DNA of 64,000 nucleotides from Bacillota bacterium (GCA_023406895.1 JAEXTV010000016.1:64663-128662); one strand, 5' to 3'. Positions 37,093 through 46,856 are shown, counted from the stretch's first letter. A program made the numbers and translations. The notes: generated by a model from the sequence alone, not told the origin.

Positions 37093-37276
37093 ATGACTTT
37101 TTTAATATTTTTGTAACATGTCCCATTTTTGCTGTTCAGATCTGCTTTTGTGTACAATTAACCGGAATATGAACGGTTTCCTTTACTAAAGCGATCTATC
37201 CTTCTTGATAGATATCGCCTTTGCGTATTGACTCGTTTAAGCTTTTAAGGTTATTAACTTATTAGTGTCACCGATT

Positions 37277-37879
37277 TCATTTGAGTGTGGGCTTAATCCC
37301 AAGCGCATCCAAAAAGCTCCGGAGCTTTTTTAAGTCCTCATCGTAAACGGCTTTGAGCGCCCTGTTGTAAATGATGCTCGCCGGATGGTAGAGCGGAAAC
37401 AGCATAAACCGGTGCGACAGCGCGTGCGCAGTCACAGGCATGGCATGGCTGCCGCCGATTGTCGCACCGCTGCCATGCAGCGCCTTTAACGGCACGTTTC
37501 CGAGTGTCACCACCACGCGCGGTGAGATCGCCTCAATCTCGCGCAGCAGCAGCGGCGTCATCGCGGCAAGCTCATCCTTTTCAGGAGGACGATTGGAGAG
37601 CGTCCCTTTTTCGCTCTGCTTGTACGGCCTGAATTTAACCACGTTCGATATATAGATGTCCTCCCGGCGCAGCTTCAGCGCAAGTAGAAACTCATCGAGA
37701 TTCTTGCCCGCTTTGCCCACGAACGGGCGCAGCAGCCGCGTTTCCTCGGCACCCGGCGCTTCGCCGATCAGCATCACGGCGGCGTTCTCGTCGCCTTCCC
37801 CATAAACAAGATCCTTTTCGGTTCTGTGAAAAGCGCGGGCGGCTTTCAGCACGTCGGCATAGATGCTGTCAAGCTTCAT
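37277..37879 (-). CDS. Family-4-like uracil-DNA glycosylase superfamily protein lacking all cysteines
   Basis: I moved the start to MKLDSIYADV, which follows AGGGGA. Motifs GEGDENAAVMLIGEAPGAEE..RPFVGKAGKNL and HPASIIYN. It has no Cys anywhere, and an extra loop FRPYKQSEKGTLSNRPPEKDE sits where canonical family 4 has CRPPxNR. Confidence 0.75.
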   Translation of the reverse strand: MKLDSIYADVLKAARAFHRTEKDLVYGEGDENAAVMLIGEAPGAEETRLLRPFVGKAGKNLDEFLLALKLRREDIYISNVVKFRPYKQSEKGTLSNRPPEKDELAAMTPLLLREIEAISPRVVVTLGNVPLKALHGSGATIGGSHAMPVTAHALSHRFMLFPLYHPASIIYNRALKAVYDEDLKKLRSFLDALGIKPTLK

Positions 37880-38430
37880 TGTTGTCCCCTGTCTCATTGT
37901 ATTTTTGCTTTATGGCCAGCAGGTCTTTGTACGCGTCCTTTTTCAGCTGCTCGTTTCGAAGCAGCGCGGCCGGATGGTACGTGGCCATGATTGAAAATCC
38001 CTTTACCTCGTGCCACACCCCGCGGTCTCTCATAATGCGAACGTCCTGATTGAGTATATATTTCGCCGAAATGCGCCCGAGGCACACGATGATCTTGGGC
38101 TTGATCAGTGCCACCTGCCCGCGCAGATACCCGATGCACGCGGCCGCTTCCTCCGGCTCGGGGTCCCGGGCGACACTTTAGCACATTCGCGATGTACACA
38201 TCGTTGCGCGTGAGCGCAATGCTGCCGAGCATTTTGTCGAGCAGTTGCCCCGCGCGCCCCACAAACGGACGCCCAAGATCATTCTCATCGCGCCCCGGTC
38301 CTTCGCCGATAAACATGATGCGCGCGTGACAATTGCCCTCGCCGAACACCGTGTGTGTGCGGGTTTTGCATAGGCCGCATTTTTGGCATGCCGCCACTTC
38401 ATTCATGATTTGTATAAGGCTTGTATACAT
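37869..38430 (-). pseudogene. Canonical family-4 (Fe-S) uracil-DNA glycosylase interrupted by a frameshift near 38161-38172
   Basis: ORF 37894..38430 is UDG4-like up to CQKCGLC..GEGNCHARIMFIGEGPGRDEN..VYIANVLKCRP. The rest, RDPEPEEAAACIGYLRGQVALIKPKIIVCLG..ATYHPAALLRN, continues in another frame (ORF 37869..38114). The junction is at TGTCGCCCGGGACCCCGAG. Confidence 0.7.
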
Positions 38431-38663
38431 GGTATGATTATATCAAAGTGGCCCGTCTATCTCAAGACGAGGGATGGCCGGCCCAATTGTCATCATGTGG
38501 TTTCGAAATTAAATCTATCCAAAAAACGTAATTTTTTTGGGATTTTTTTGATACGGGTATGCTTTTTATCGATAATCGTTTATAATATATAAAAGTGACA
38601 TTGACATTTTTACATCCTTTGGTGTTATTCGTGGTGGAATGATTTTCGAAAGGTGACTTCGTA

Positions 38664-39512
38664 TTGGAAAGTATTATCAATGGCATTATCAACAGCCTAA
38701 CCGACTTCGAAATCGTTGATCTCATTGATATTATCCTTTTGGCTGTCATCATTTATTGGCTCTTAAAGCTGACATCCAAAACCCGTGCCATGCAGGTGCT
38801 CAAAGGCCTCGGCATTATTTTGCTTGCCACCTGGGTGACGGACTTTTTGGGTTTCGTGGGCACCACATGGCTATTAAACTATGTGCTAAACGCGGGCGCT
38901 ATCGTCATCGTGATCATATTCCATCCTGAAATCCGTCGGGCATTGGCGCGTATCGGCCGCGGTCATATCGATTTATCAACGTCTCAGTCCACCAACGCGC
39001 AGGAGAATGTGGAAAGCATTCTCAAAGCCGTGCTCAACCTTTCTAAAAAACGCGTGGGTGCATTGATCGTGTTTGAGCGCAAAACCGGCCTTAAAGACGT
39101 AATCGAAAGCGGTACGCGTATCGGTGCCATCATTTCACCCGAGCTGCTCGAGAACCTGTTCTTTACGAATTCGCCGCTGCACGACGGCGCGGTGATTATC
39201 CGTGAGGATGTGATCGAGGCGGCCGGCTGCTTTTTGCCGCTCAGCGACAACAAGCAAATCGGCCAGGAGCTCGGAACACGCCACCGCGCCGCACTCGGCG
39301 TTTCGGAGGTGTCCGACTGCGTCACGCTGGTCGTTTCGGAGGAAACGGGCGTTATTTCGGTCGCGCAGGACGGCACGCTGATACGCTACCTCGATTCCAA
39401 AGCCATACGCGATTTACTTGAAGATATGTATATGATCAACAAACAGCCGCAGAAATTCAGAGGTCTTCGCATCATACGAAAAGGACGTGATAAAGATGAA
39501 GACCGTGCTTAA
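38664..39512 (+). CDS. cdaA: Diadenylate cyclase CdaA (DacA)
   Basis: Three N-terminal TM segments plus a DAC domain (GALIVFERKTGL, SPLHDGAVII, LGTRHRAALGVSE, VVSEETGVISVA). TTG start after AAAGGTGA. Confidence 0.93.
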   Translation: MESIINGIINSLTDFEIVDLIDIILLAVIIYWLLKLTSKTRAMQVLKGLGIILLATWVTDFLGFVGTTWLLNYVLNAGAIVIVIIFHPEIRRALARIGRGHIDLSTSQSTNAQENVESILKAVLNLSKKRVGALIVFERKTGLKDVIESGTRIGAIISPELLENLFFTNSPLHDGAVIIREDVIEAAGCFLPLSDNKQIGQELGTRHRAALGVSEVSDCVTLVVSEETGVISVAQDGTLIRYLDSKAIRDLLEDMYMINKQPQKFRGLRIIRKGRDKDEDRA

Positions 39513-40752
39513 TGCCATATGGAGCGTGATTAAAAGCAATCTTATCCTAAAGATCATGGCCGTGCTTTTTGCCGTCATTCTCTGGAGCTATGTGCTCTCG
39601 ATTATCAATCCGGTCAGAACGCGTCCGGTTGAGCACGTCCCCGTGCATTTTGCGAATGTCGATGAGCTGCACGATAAAAATCTTTGGATCACCGGAAGCC
39701 TGTCGGATGCGCTCAATGAGGTCAGTGTCAAAATCCTCGTCAATCAGAGCGATATCAAGCTCTTGAGCAAAGAAAATATCGACGCCTATGTCGATTTGTC
39801 CACGATCAACGGTCCGGGCGATTACCCGCTGAAGGTCGAGGCAAAACCCACCGGCATCAGCGGTCAAATCACCGACATCAGCCCGTCACTGGTCAATCTG
39901 CATGTGGATTGGCATGATGTCAAACTCGTCCCTGTGACGGTGAACGTCACCGGCAGCGTCCCAACCGGTTACTACGCGAGCACGCCCGAAATCACGCCCA
40001 CCACGGTGGAGGTGGAAGGCGCGCGCACCGATGTGCAAAAGGTGGCCAGCGCCGTCTGCAATGTGAATTTAACAGGCCTCACCAAAGGCTACAGCAAGAA
40101 CATGGAGATTGATCTGCTCGATAACGAAGGCAATCTCATCGATAAGAATCTGTTCCCAAGCAAGCAGCCGTCCGTCATCGTCACGCTCAATGTCCAGTCG
40201 ATGAAAACGGTGCCGATAGACGCCGCGGGGTCAATCACAGGTCAGGACGAAGTAGCCGCTGGCTATGAGGTGTCGGAAATCTCATGCGAGCCGCAGCGCG
40301 TGGCCATCGCGGGAGACGCACAGACGCTGGCGGGTATCAGCAGCATCAGCCTCGTGCCGTACAGCATCAGCGGCAAAAGCATGAGCGAATCCGTCGCGCT
40401 CGATTACCAACCGCCCGAAGGCGTCACCGTGCTGACACAGCAAAAGGCGCAGGTGAACATCGCGATCCGTGAATTGACAAAAACGAAGACCTTTAAGGAT
40501 GTGACGATAAAGACCAAAGATATCGGCAGCGGGCTGAATGCGATCGTCAGCACACCGAAGGTGGATGTCACAGCGATGGCGGGCGTCTCAGTGATGTCGA
40601 AGCTGAGCCGCAGCAGCATCGTTCCCTATGTGGATCTGGACGGCCTGAAACCGGGCATATACAGCCTCAAAGTGCTGTTTGAAATCCCTAAGGGGTTCTC
40701 GGAGCAGAACTTCACCGCAAGCACCGGAACCGTGACCGTCACGATATATTAA
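39496..40752 (+). CDS. cdaR: CdaR (YbbR-domain) regulator of CdaA
   Basis: N-terminal TM followed by repeated YbbR-like beta domains. It overlaps the cdaA end. I moved the start to the ATG at 39496. Confidence 0.85.
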   Translation: MKTVLNAIWSVIKSNLILKIMAVLFAVILWSYVLSIINPVRTRPVEHVPVHFANVDELHDKNLWITGSLSDALNEVSVKILVNQSDIKLLSKENIDAYVDLSTINGPGDYPLKVEAKPTGISGQITDISPSLVNLHVDWHDVKLVPVTVNVTGSVPTGYYASTPEITPTTVEVEGARTDVQKVASAVCNVNLTGLTKGYSKNMEIDLLDNEGNLIDKNLFPSKQPSVIVTLNVQSMKTVPIDAAGSITGQDEVAAGYEVSEISCEPQRVAIAGDAQTLAGISSISLVPYSISGKSMSESVALDYQPPEGVTVLTQQKAQVNIAIRELTKTKTFKDVTIKTKDIGSGLNAIVSTPKVDVTAMAGVSVMSKLSRSSIVPYVDLDGLKPGIYSLKVLFEIPKGFSEQNFTASTGTVTVTIY

Positions 40753-40821
40753 ACCGTTTGGCGTATACTATGAGGGGGCGGGATACCGTCCCCTTTTTAA
40801 AGTTTTGGAAAGGACAAGCTC

Positions 40822-42408
40822 ATGGCCATCATATTGTCCGGCATCAGCATACCGCTGCAAAGCGGCGAGGAGGATATGCGGCAAGCCGCCGCGGAGGCGC
40901 TTGGCATACAGGCAGACGAAATCGCGTGTCTTCGTGTGAAAAGGCAGTCCATCGATGCACGTCGCGCGACGCTGCGCCTTGCGCTCACCGTGCTTGTTGA
41001 GCTGCACGACGGCGAGCGCCAAAAGGCTCTGGAAGGCATTCATGGCTGCGCCCAAGACTATCGGGATCCGGACATCGCCTACGGCGACAAACCGGCCGGG
41101 CGCGTTGTTGTGGTGGGCGCAGGGCCATGTGGCCTTTTCGCTGCGCTGACGCTCGCGAAGCATGGCTATAAACCGCTGCTGATTGAGCGCGGCCGCGATA
41201 TCGTTTCGCGAAGCGCCGATGTCGCACGGCTGTGCGAAAAAGGCCTGTTAAATCCCGAAAGCAACGTCTGTTTCGGTGCGGGCGGCGCGGGTGCGTTTTC
41301 CGACGGAAAGCTCACCACGCGCATCAAGGACCCGCGCAGCGACTACATACTGCAAACGCTCGCGGACTGCGGCGCGCCGGCCAGCATACTCACCGACGCC
41401 AAGCCGCACACGGGCACCGAACACATCCGCACGGCGGTATCGGGCATCATTGAGAAAATTATGAGCCTCGGCGGAGAGATTTCTTATGACAGCCGCCTGA
41501 CGGATATATGCCTGAACGGGGATGAGGTATCCGGCATCTCTTATATCAAACACGGCATCACACAGACCATCGAAACGCATGCGGCGGCGCTCTGCATCGG
41601 GCACAGCGCACGTGACACTTACCTTATGCTGCTGCAAAAAGGTGTGGCTGTTACGCCTAAGCCGTTTGCGGTGGGCGTGCGCATCGAGCACCCGCGCGCG
41701 TTTATCGACAAAGCGCAGTACGGCGCAGCTCTCGGGCACCCGATGCTCGGCGCGGCGGAATACCGGCTCACATCATCGTCCGGCGGGCGCGGCGTCTACA
41801 CGTTCTGCATGTGCCCGGGCGGCGAGGTCATCTGCTCGTCCACCGAGCCGGACGGCGTCGCGGTAAACGGCATGAGCTATTACGCGCGCGACATGGAGAA
41901 CTCCAACAGCGCATTGGTGGTTGGCGTCTCCGCCGCCGATTTTGAGAGCGGCCCTCTGGGCGGCGTTCTTTTTCAGCAGCGGCTTGAGCGCGCGGCCTTC
42001 GCACTCTCCGGAGGTCAGGGCGCACCCGCCCAGACGCTGCGCGACTTTTTTGAAAGCAGAACCTCTCGCCGGTTCGGCAGCGTGATGCCGTCTTACCGCC
42101 CGCATGCGGTTCCGGCCGATCTTCACGGCTGTCTGCCCCCCGTTGTCACCAACGCGCTTAAGGAGGGGCTCAGCGATTTTAACCGTAAGCTTTCCGGCTT
42201 TGCGATGCCGGACGCGGTATTGACAGGTGTGGAAACGCGCACGTCATCGCCCGTGCGTTTATCGCGCGGCAGCGATTATCAGGCGCAAGGCTTTCGCGGC
42301 CTGTTCCCCGCAGGTGAAGGCGCAGGGTACGCGGGCGGTATCGTCTCCGCAGCGGCAGACGGCATCAAATGCGCAGAGGCCCTCATGAGCCTTTATGCGC
42401 GGCCTTAA
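40822..42408 (+). CDS. FAD-dependent oxidoreductase (COG2509-type uncharacterised dehydrogenase)
   Basis: Dinucleotide fold VVVVGAGPCGLFAALTLAKHGYKPLLIERG and C-terminal GEGAGYAGGIVSAAADG. Confidence 0.8.
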   Translation: MAIILSGISIPLQSGEEDMRQAAAEALGIQADEIACLRVKRQSIDARRATLRLALTVLVELHDGERQKALEGIHGCAQDYRDPDIAYGDKPAGRVVVVGAGPCGLFAALTLAKHGYKPLLIERGRDIVSRSADVARLCEKGLLNPESNVCFGAGGAGAFSDGKLTTRIKDPRSDYILQTLADCGAPASILTDAKPHTGTEHIRTAVSGIIEKIMSLGGEISYDSRLTDICLNGDEVSGISYIKHGITQTIETHAAALCIGHSARDTYLMLLQKGVAVTPKPFAVGVRIEHPRAFIDKAQYGAALGHPMLGAAEYRLTSSSGGRGVYTFCMCPGGEVICSSTEPDGVAVNGMSYYARDMENSNSALVVGVSAADFESGPLGGVLFQQRLERAAFALSGGQGAPAQTLRDFFESRTSRRFGSVMPSYRPHAVPADLHGCLPPVVTNALKEGLSDFNRKLSGFAMPDAVLTGVETRTSSPVRLSRGSDYQAQGFRGLFPAGEGAGYAGGIVSAAADGIKCAEALMSLYARP

Positions 42409-42422
42409 ATAAAGGAGATAAC

Positions 42423-43094
42423 ATGAAGAAAATCACCGTACTTTTCGGCAATTACGGCAGCGGCAAAACCGAGCTGTCTTTAAACATTGCATTGATGCTC
42501 GCGACGCAGCATACGGATGTGATGCTGATCGACCTTGATATCGTCAACCCGTATTTTCGCTCATCGGAGCACACAAAGATGCTTCAAGAGAACGGCATCC
42601 GCGTGATCGCGCCCGTATACGCGAATTCCGGGGTGGACCTTCCGTCGCTGCCGCCCGATATCTATGCGGCGTTTCAGGGCGGGCATGCCGTGTTCGACTG
42701 CGGCGGCGATCCCGTGGGTGCCGCAGCACTCGGCACATTAAAGCCGCAGTTCGATGCCCAGCGCGACAATGTGGAATCGCTTTTTGTGATCAACACCAAC
42801 AGGCCGTTTCAAACGGACACTGAGCACCTTCATGAAAGCCTTCAGCGCATCGAGCACAGTGCGCGCCTGACGGCCGACGGCTTTGTGCTGAACACCAATC
42901 TCGGCAGCGGCACCACCGGCCGCGAACTCAGCGAAGGCCTAGGCACAGTTCAAGCGCTTTCGGCGCTCACTGGCACACCGCTCAAATACGTCAGCGGCAC
43001 CAAAGAATCGCTGGAAAACTTCGCGGCGCAGCACCCGGACGTGACGGCACAGTTTATCGAGCTCAAAATCTATACGCGGCCCGAGTGGCTGTAA
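42423..43094 (+). CDS. P-loop NTPase (MinD/ParA/CooC-like), function unknown
   Basis: I moved the start to MKKITVLFGNYGSGKTELSLNIA, which follows AAAGGAG. DLDIVNPYF resembles a Walker B/switch motif. Confidence 0.55.
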   Translation: MKKITVLFGNYGSGKTELSLNIALMLATQHTDVMLIDLDIVNPYFRSSEHTKMLQENGIRVIAPVYANSGVDLPSLPPDIYAAFQGGHAVFDCGGDPVGAAALGTLKPQFDAQRDNVESLFVINTNRPFQTDTEHLHESLQRIEHSARLTADGFVLNTNLGSGTTGRELSEGLGTVQALSALTGTPLKYVSGTKESLENFAAQHPDVTAQFIELKIYTRPEWL

Positions 43095-43167
43095 CACTTG
43101 CATTGCCGCCCATATACACTATAATAAAAAGGGTTTAAATTTCAGGGGGAACGGAGATACGCATCAT

Positions 43168-44061
43168 ATGAATGTTTATGGCAATATATTAAGCACGATC
43201 GGCAACACGCCTCTGGTACGGATCAATAAACTCATACAAAAGCCCGGCGTCGAGATATACGCCAAGAACGAAGGCACCAACCCGACAGGCAGCATAAAAG
43301 ACCGTATTGCGCTTAAAATGGTGGAGCAGGCCGAAGCCGAAGGCACGCTGCATGCGGGCAAAACGATTATCGAACCCACATCGGGCAACACGGGCATCGC
43401 GCTCGCGATGATCGGCGCGGTAAAGGGCTACCCTGTGGAGATCGTGATGAGCAGCGCGGTATCCGAAGAGCGGCAGAAGATGATCACGGCATTCGGCGGT
43501 ACGGTCATACTCACGGCGGCGGAGGAAGGCACCGACGGCGCAATACGCAAGGCGCGCGAGCTCGTGGCGGCCAATCCCGAAAAATACTTCATGCCCGATC
43601 AGTTTACCAACCGTTACAATAAAATTGCGCACTATTCGACCACGGCCGAAGAGATGATCCGCGATACCGAGGGGCGCATCACGCACTTTGTTTCGGCGCT
43701 TGGGACCTCGGGCACGCTGATGGGCACAGCCAAGCGCTTAAAGGAGCTCAATCCCGAAATACGCATCGTGGAGGCGCATCCGGTGCGCGGCCATTACATA
43801 CAGGGTCTAAAGAATATGACGGAGGCCATTGTGCCGGATATCTATAACCCGTCAATGATCGACATTTCGATTATGATCGATTCGGAAGAAGCGTTTGATA
43901 TGGTGCGCCGCATCGTGAAGGAAGAGGGCATTTTCTGCGGTATGTCGTCCGGCGCGGCAATGCTCGCGGCGCTTAAGGTTGCCGAGCAGATTGACAAGGG
44001 CGTAATCGTCTGCATATTCCCCGACCGCGGAGAGAAGTATTTAAGCACGAAGCTGTTTTAG
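43168..44061 (+). CDS. cysK: Cysteine synthase (O-acetylserine sulfhydrylase)
   Basis: PLP-lysine context NPTGSIKDRIAL, plus TSGNTGIALA and GTSGT. Confidence 0.9.
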   Translation: MNVYGNILSTIGNTPLVRINKLIQKPGVEIYAKNEGTNPTGSIKDRIALKMVEQAEAEGTLHAGKTIIEPTSGNTGIALAMIGAVKGYPVEIVMSSAVSEERQKMITAFGGTVILTAAEEGTDGAIRKARELVAANPEKYFMPDQFTNRYNKIAHYSTTAEEMIRDTEGRITHFVSALGTSGTLMGTAKRLKELNPEIRIVEAHPVRGHYIQGLKNMTEAIVPDIYNPSMIDISIMIDSEEAFDMVRRIVKEEGIFCGMSSGAAMLAALKVAEQIDKGVIVCIFPDRGEKYLSTKLF

Positions 44062-44149
44062 GAGAAAATCCTCAAGACAAGACATGATCAAATTAACAAA
44101 GAGTAAAAAAACCACCTGAGTGGCTCAGCTTGATGAAGAGCACCACCCT

Positions 44150-44243
44150 GTCATGCTGAGCGGAACGTGAGTGAAGTGAAGCATCCCATGGTTAAACGCT
44201 CTAAACATGGGATTTTTCGAGCGCTGCGCTCACTCAAAATGAC
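44150..44243. repeat. Intergenic palindromic repeat, A-type
   Basis: GTCATGCTGAGCGGAACGTGAGTGAAGTGAAGCATCCCATGG pairs with the reverse complement of CATGGGATTTTTCGAGCGCTGCGCTCACTCAAAATGAC. Confidence 0.7.
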
Positions 44244-44288
44244 CATAGTCATTTTGTCAGCAGTCCGATCGGCATGTCTGGGCTTTTT

Positions 44289-44795
44289 TTATTTTAGCAT
44301 CTGCCCCGCCGTCAACAGCCTCACACCCGCTGCTTCCATCTCACGGTTTGTCTGCGCAATGATCGTCTCCGCGTTCTTATAAAACGTGCTGTGCGCGTCG
44401 CTGAGCAAAAAGACATCATACCCTCTCTGAATTGCAGAAAGGCAGGCCGTCTTCACGCACCCGTTGGAAATGAGCCCCGCAACGATCAGCGTATTGATAC
44501 CTCCTGCTTTGAGCAGGCCATCAAGACCGGTGTCCACAAAAACGTCCGGATGCTTTTTCTCCAGAATCACATCGTATTCGCGGACATCGATTTCATCAGC
44601 GGTCCGCCAGCCCGGCGTTCCCTTTATGAGAAAGCTCTTGTTTTCATGCCGCGTGAAAATGACCTGAACGCCGCCCACCCGCGCTGCGTTGATTGCCGCA
44701 TTGACAGACCGAATCAAACCGTCCGCCGCATAAACGGGCCTCTTCAGCTCAAATATGGCTTTCTGCATGTCGATCACAAGCAGCGCGCATCGCAT
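44289..44795 (-). CDS. Isochorismatase-family cysteine hydrolase
   Basis: I moved the start to MRCALLVIDMQKAIF. Includes TLIVAGLISNGCVKTACLSA with the nucleophile Cys. Confidence 0.8.
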   Translation of the reverse strand: MRCALLVIDMQKAIFELKRPVYAADGLIRSVNAAINAARVGGVQVIFTRHENKSFLIKGTPGWRTADEIDVREYDVILEKKHPDVFVDTGLDGLLKAGGINTLIVAGLISNGCVKTACLSAIQRGYDVFLLSDAHSTFYKNAETIIAQTNREMEAAGVRLLTAGQMLK

Positions 44796-45000
44796 ACGTT
44801 TTACCTCGACCGAATGAAATGAAGAATCGTATCCGTATTGGGGATTGGAAAGATGATACTGTCTGCGGGACAATGCTAAAAGAGCTTCTTTTAACATGTG
44901 CGGACAAAAGTGCACGCTGTTTAGCAGTTCCTCTTCTGATCACGCTCCATCGGACCCATCATGCACGATGGCACCACAATAAACGAAAAGATAGGCTAGC

Positions 45001-45102
45001 GGTCATTCATTCGACTTTGTAGTGAACGAGTGTAGCGAAGCGAATGATCTGTTGCAACAGATCCTGTTCCACTTCGTAATCGTCGCTTTTTCAGTATGAC
45101 CG
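45001..45102. repeat. Intergenic palindromic repeat, A-type, with a central perfect 18-nt palindrome
   Basis: GGTCATTCATTCG...CAGTATGACC ends, with GATCTGTTGCAACAGATC at 45046-45063. Confidence 0.65.
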
Positions 45103-45198
45103 GAAAATTGACTTTCCATAGCAATGACACTTGTGGCTTTGTCCGGCAACTTAAGCTGCAAATAGCCTCTCATTGATTTCAGTTTCGCGTCATCCGTG

Positions 45199-46284
45199 TC
45201 AGCACGATACCGAATGCACGAACTCGGCAGCCGTTTTGATTAGCGCGTCCATCTGCTCGTCCGTGCCGATCGTAATGCGCAGGTAATCAAAAATGCGCGG
45301 TTTATTGAAATGCCGCACATATATGTTGTTCTCCGCAAGATACGCCTTGAGCGCCGCCGCGCTGACATTCGGATGTGATGCGAACACAAAATTCGCGTTG
45401 GACGGCAGCACCTTGAAACCCAGCTCACAAAGCCGCTGCGTCGTGCGCTCACGCGTCGCAATGATCTTCTCGCTCATCGCCGCGCAGTATGCCGTATCGC
45501 GTATCGCCGCCGCCGCCGCGTCCTGCGCGATCATGTCGAGCGGGTACGAATTAAAGCTGTCCTTAATGCGCAGCAGTCCTCCAATCAAATGCGGCTGCCC
45601 GAGCGCAAAAGCCACGCGCAGCCCCGCCAGCGCGTGAGATTTGCTCATGGTCGACACGATCAGCAGATTCGGATACTTCGGAATCAGCGACGCCGCACTG
45701 CCCGCGCCGAACGATGCGTACGCTTCATCGACAATGACGACGTGCTCGCTGTTGTTTTGCAAGATGCGTTCCACCTCGGCAAGCCCCAGCGCAATGCCTG
45801 TGGGCGCGTTGGGGTTCGCGAGCACCACACCGCCGCCCGTCAACGCGTCAACGGGAACCGTGAAATCGTCCTTGAGCGGCACGGTTCTGTAGCTGAGGCC
45901 GTACAAATCGGCCCAGACCGGATAAAAGCTGTATGTGATATCGGGAAACACGATGTCCCCGTCAAAGAACGCCTGAAACGCGAGCCCCAGCACCTCGTCC
46001 GAGCCGTTGCCGCAGAACACATGGTCCTCCGTCAGCCCATAAATTTGCGCCACTGCGCTTTTGAGGCGGCCCCCATCGGGCTGCGGGTAAAGCCTCAGCC
46101 GCTCGCCCGCAAAGCTTTTAAGCACCTCGAGCGCCTTCGGCGACGGCGGATATGGGTTCTCGTTGGTATTAAGCTTGATGATGCCGAGGCCTTGCGGCTG
46201 CTCCCCCGCCTCATACGGCGTGATAGACGCGGCCCGACGGCTTAAAAACTGTGTCAAAATCAAACCTCCCGAAAACATTGGCAT
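45199..46284 (-). CDS. hisC: Histidinol-phosphate aminotransferase
   Basis: KLNTNENPYPPSP and the PLP-lysine context STMSKSHALAGLRVAF. Confidence 0.9.
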   Translation of the reverse strand: MPMFSGGLILTQFLSRRAASITPYEAGEQPQGLGIIKLNTNENPYPPSPKALEVLKSFAGERLRLYPQPDGGRLKSAVAQIYGLTEDHVFCGNGSDEVLGLAFQAFFDGDIVFPDITYSFYPVWADLYGLSYRTVPLKDDFTVPVDALTGGGVVLANPNAPTGIALGLAEVERILQNNSEHVVIVDEAYASFGAGSAASLIPKYPNLLIVSTMSKSHALAGLRVAFALGQPHLIGGLLRIKDSFNSYPLDMIAQDAAAAAIRDTAYCAAMSEKIIATRERTTQRLCELGFKVLPSNANFVFASHPNVSAAALKAYLAENNIYVRHFNKPRIFDYLRITIGTDEQMDALIKTAAEFVHSVSC

Positions 46285-46358
46285 TTCTGATCTTTCTCAT
46301 ATTAACACAGCCGTATAAAAAGATTAACAGTTTTTTCAGCCTGTGATAAAATGAGCCT

Positions 46359-46856
46359 ATGAACAGATGTTTTTGGGCAAGCGGCAGCGATGAGCTGATG
46401 CGCGATTACCACGACAACGAATTTGGGCAAAGAAAAAACAGCGACAATGCGCTGTTTGAAAAGCTGTGCCTCGAGTGCTTTCAGGCGGGCCTCAGCTGGC
46501 GCACCGTGCTCTATAAGCGCGAGGCGTTTCGCCGTGCGTTTCACGGCTTTAACCCGGGTCAGGTCGCGCTCATGACGCCGGACGACGTGGAAACGCTCAT
46601 GCGCGACAGCAGCATCATCCGCAACCGTCTCAAAATTGAAGCGGCGATTCATAACGCGCGGCTGCATCTGATACAATTCCCGCAGGAAGGCAGCTTTGCC
46701 GCGTATGTCTACAGCTTCACGGACGGCGGCGCGCTCTGCCGCGAATTCAAAAAGCGCGGTTATCGTTTTCTCGGGCCCACCATATGCGAATCGTTTCTCG
46801 GCAGCGTGGGCGCCATTGAAGGCCACGAGCCGGGCTGCGACCTTTACAAAGGCTAA
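46359..46856 (+). CDS. tag: DNA-3-methyladenine glycosylase I
   Basis: CFWASGSDELMRDYHDNEFG..LFEKLCLECFQAGLSWRTVLYKREAFR. Confidence 0.9.
   Translation: MNRCFWASGSDELMRDYHDNEFGQRKNSDNALFEKLCLECFQAGLSWRTVLYKREAFRRAFHGFNPGQVALMTPDDVETLMRDSSIIRNRLKIEAAIHNARLHLIQFPQEGSFAAYVYSFTDGGALCREFKKRGYRFLGPTICESFLGSVGAIEGHEPGCDLYKG

Noticed and set aside
38150-38180. The UDG frame change as programmed ribosomal frameshifting.
   Set aside because: There is no slippery heptamer or downstream stimulatory structure at the junction. A small deletion or a sequencing error in the CCCGGG run is the simpler explanation.
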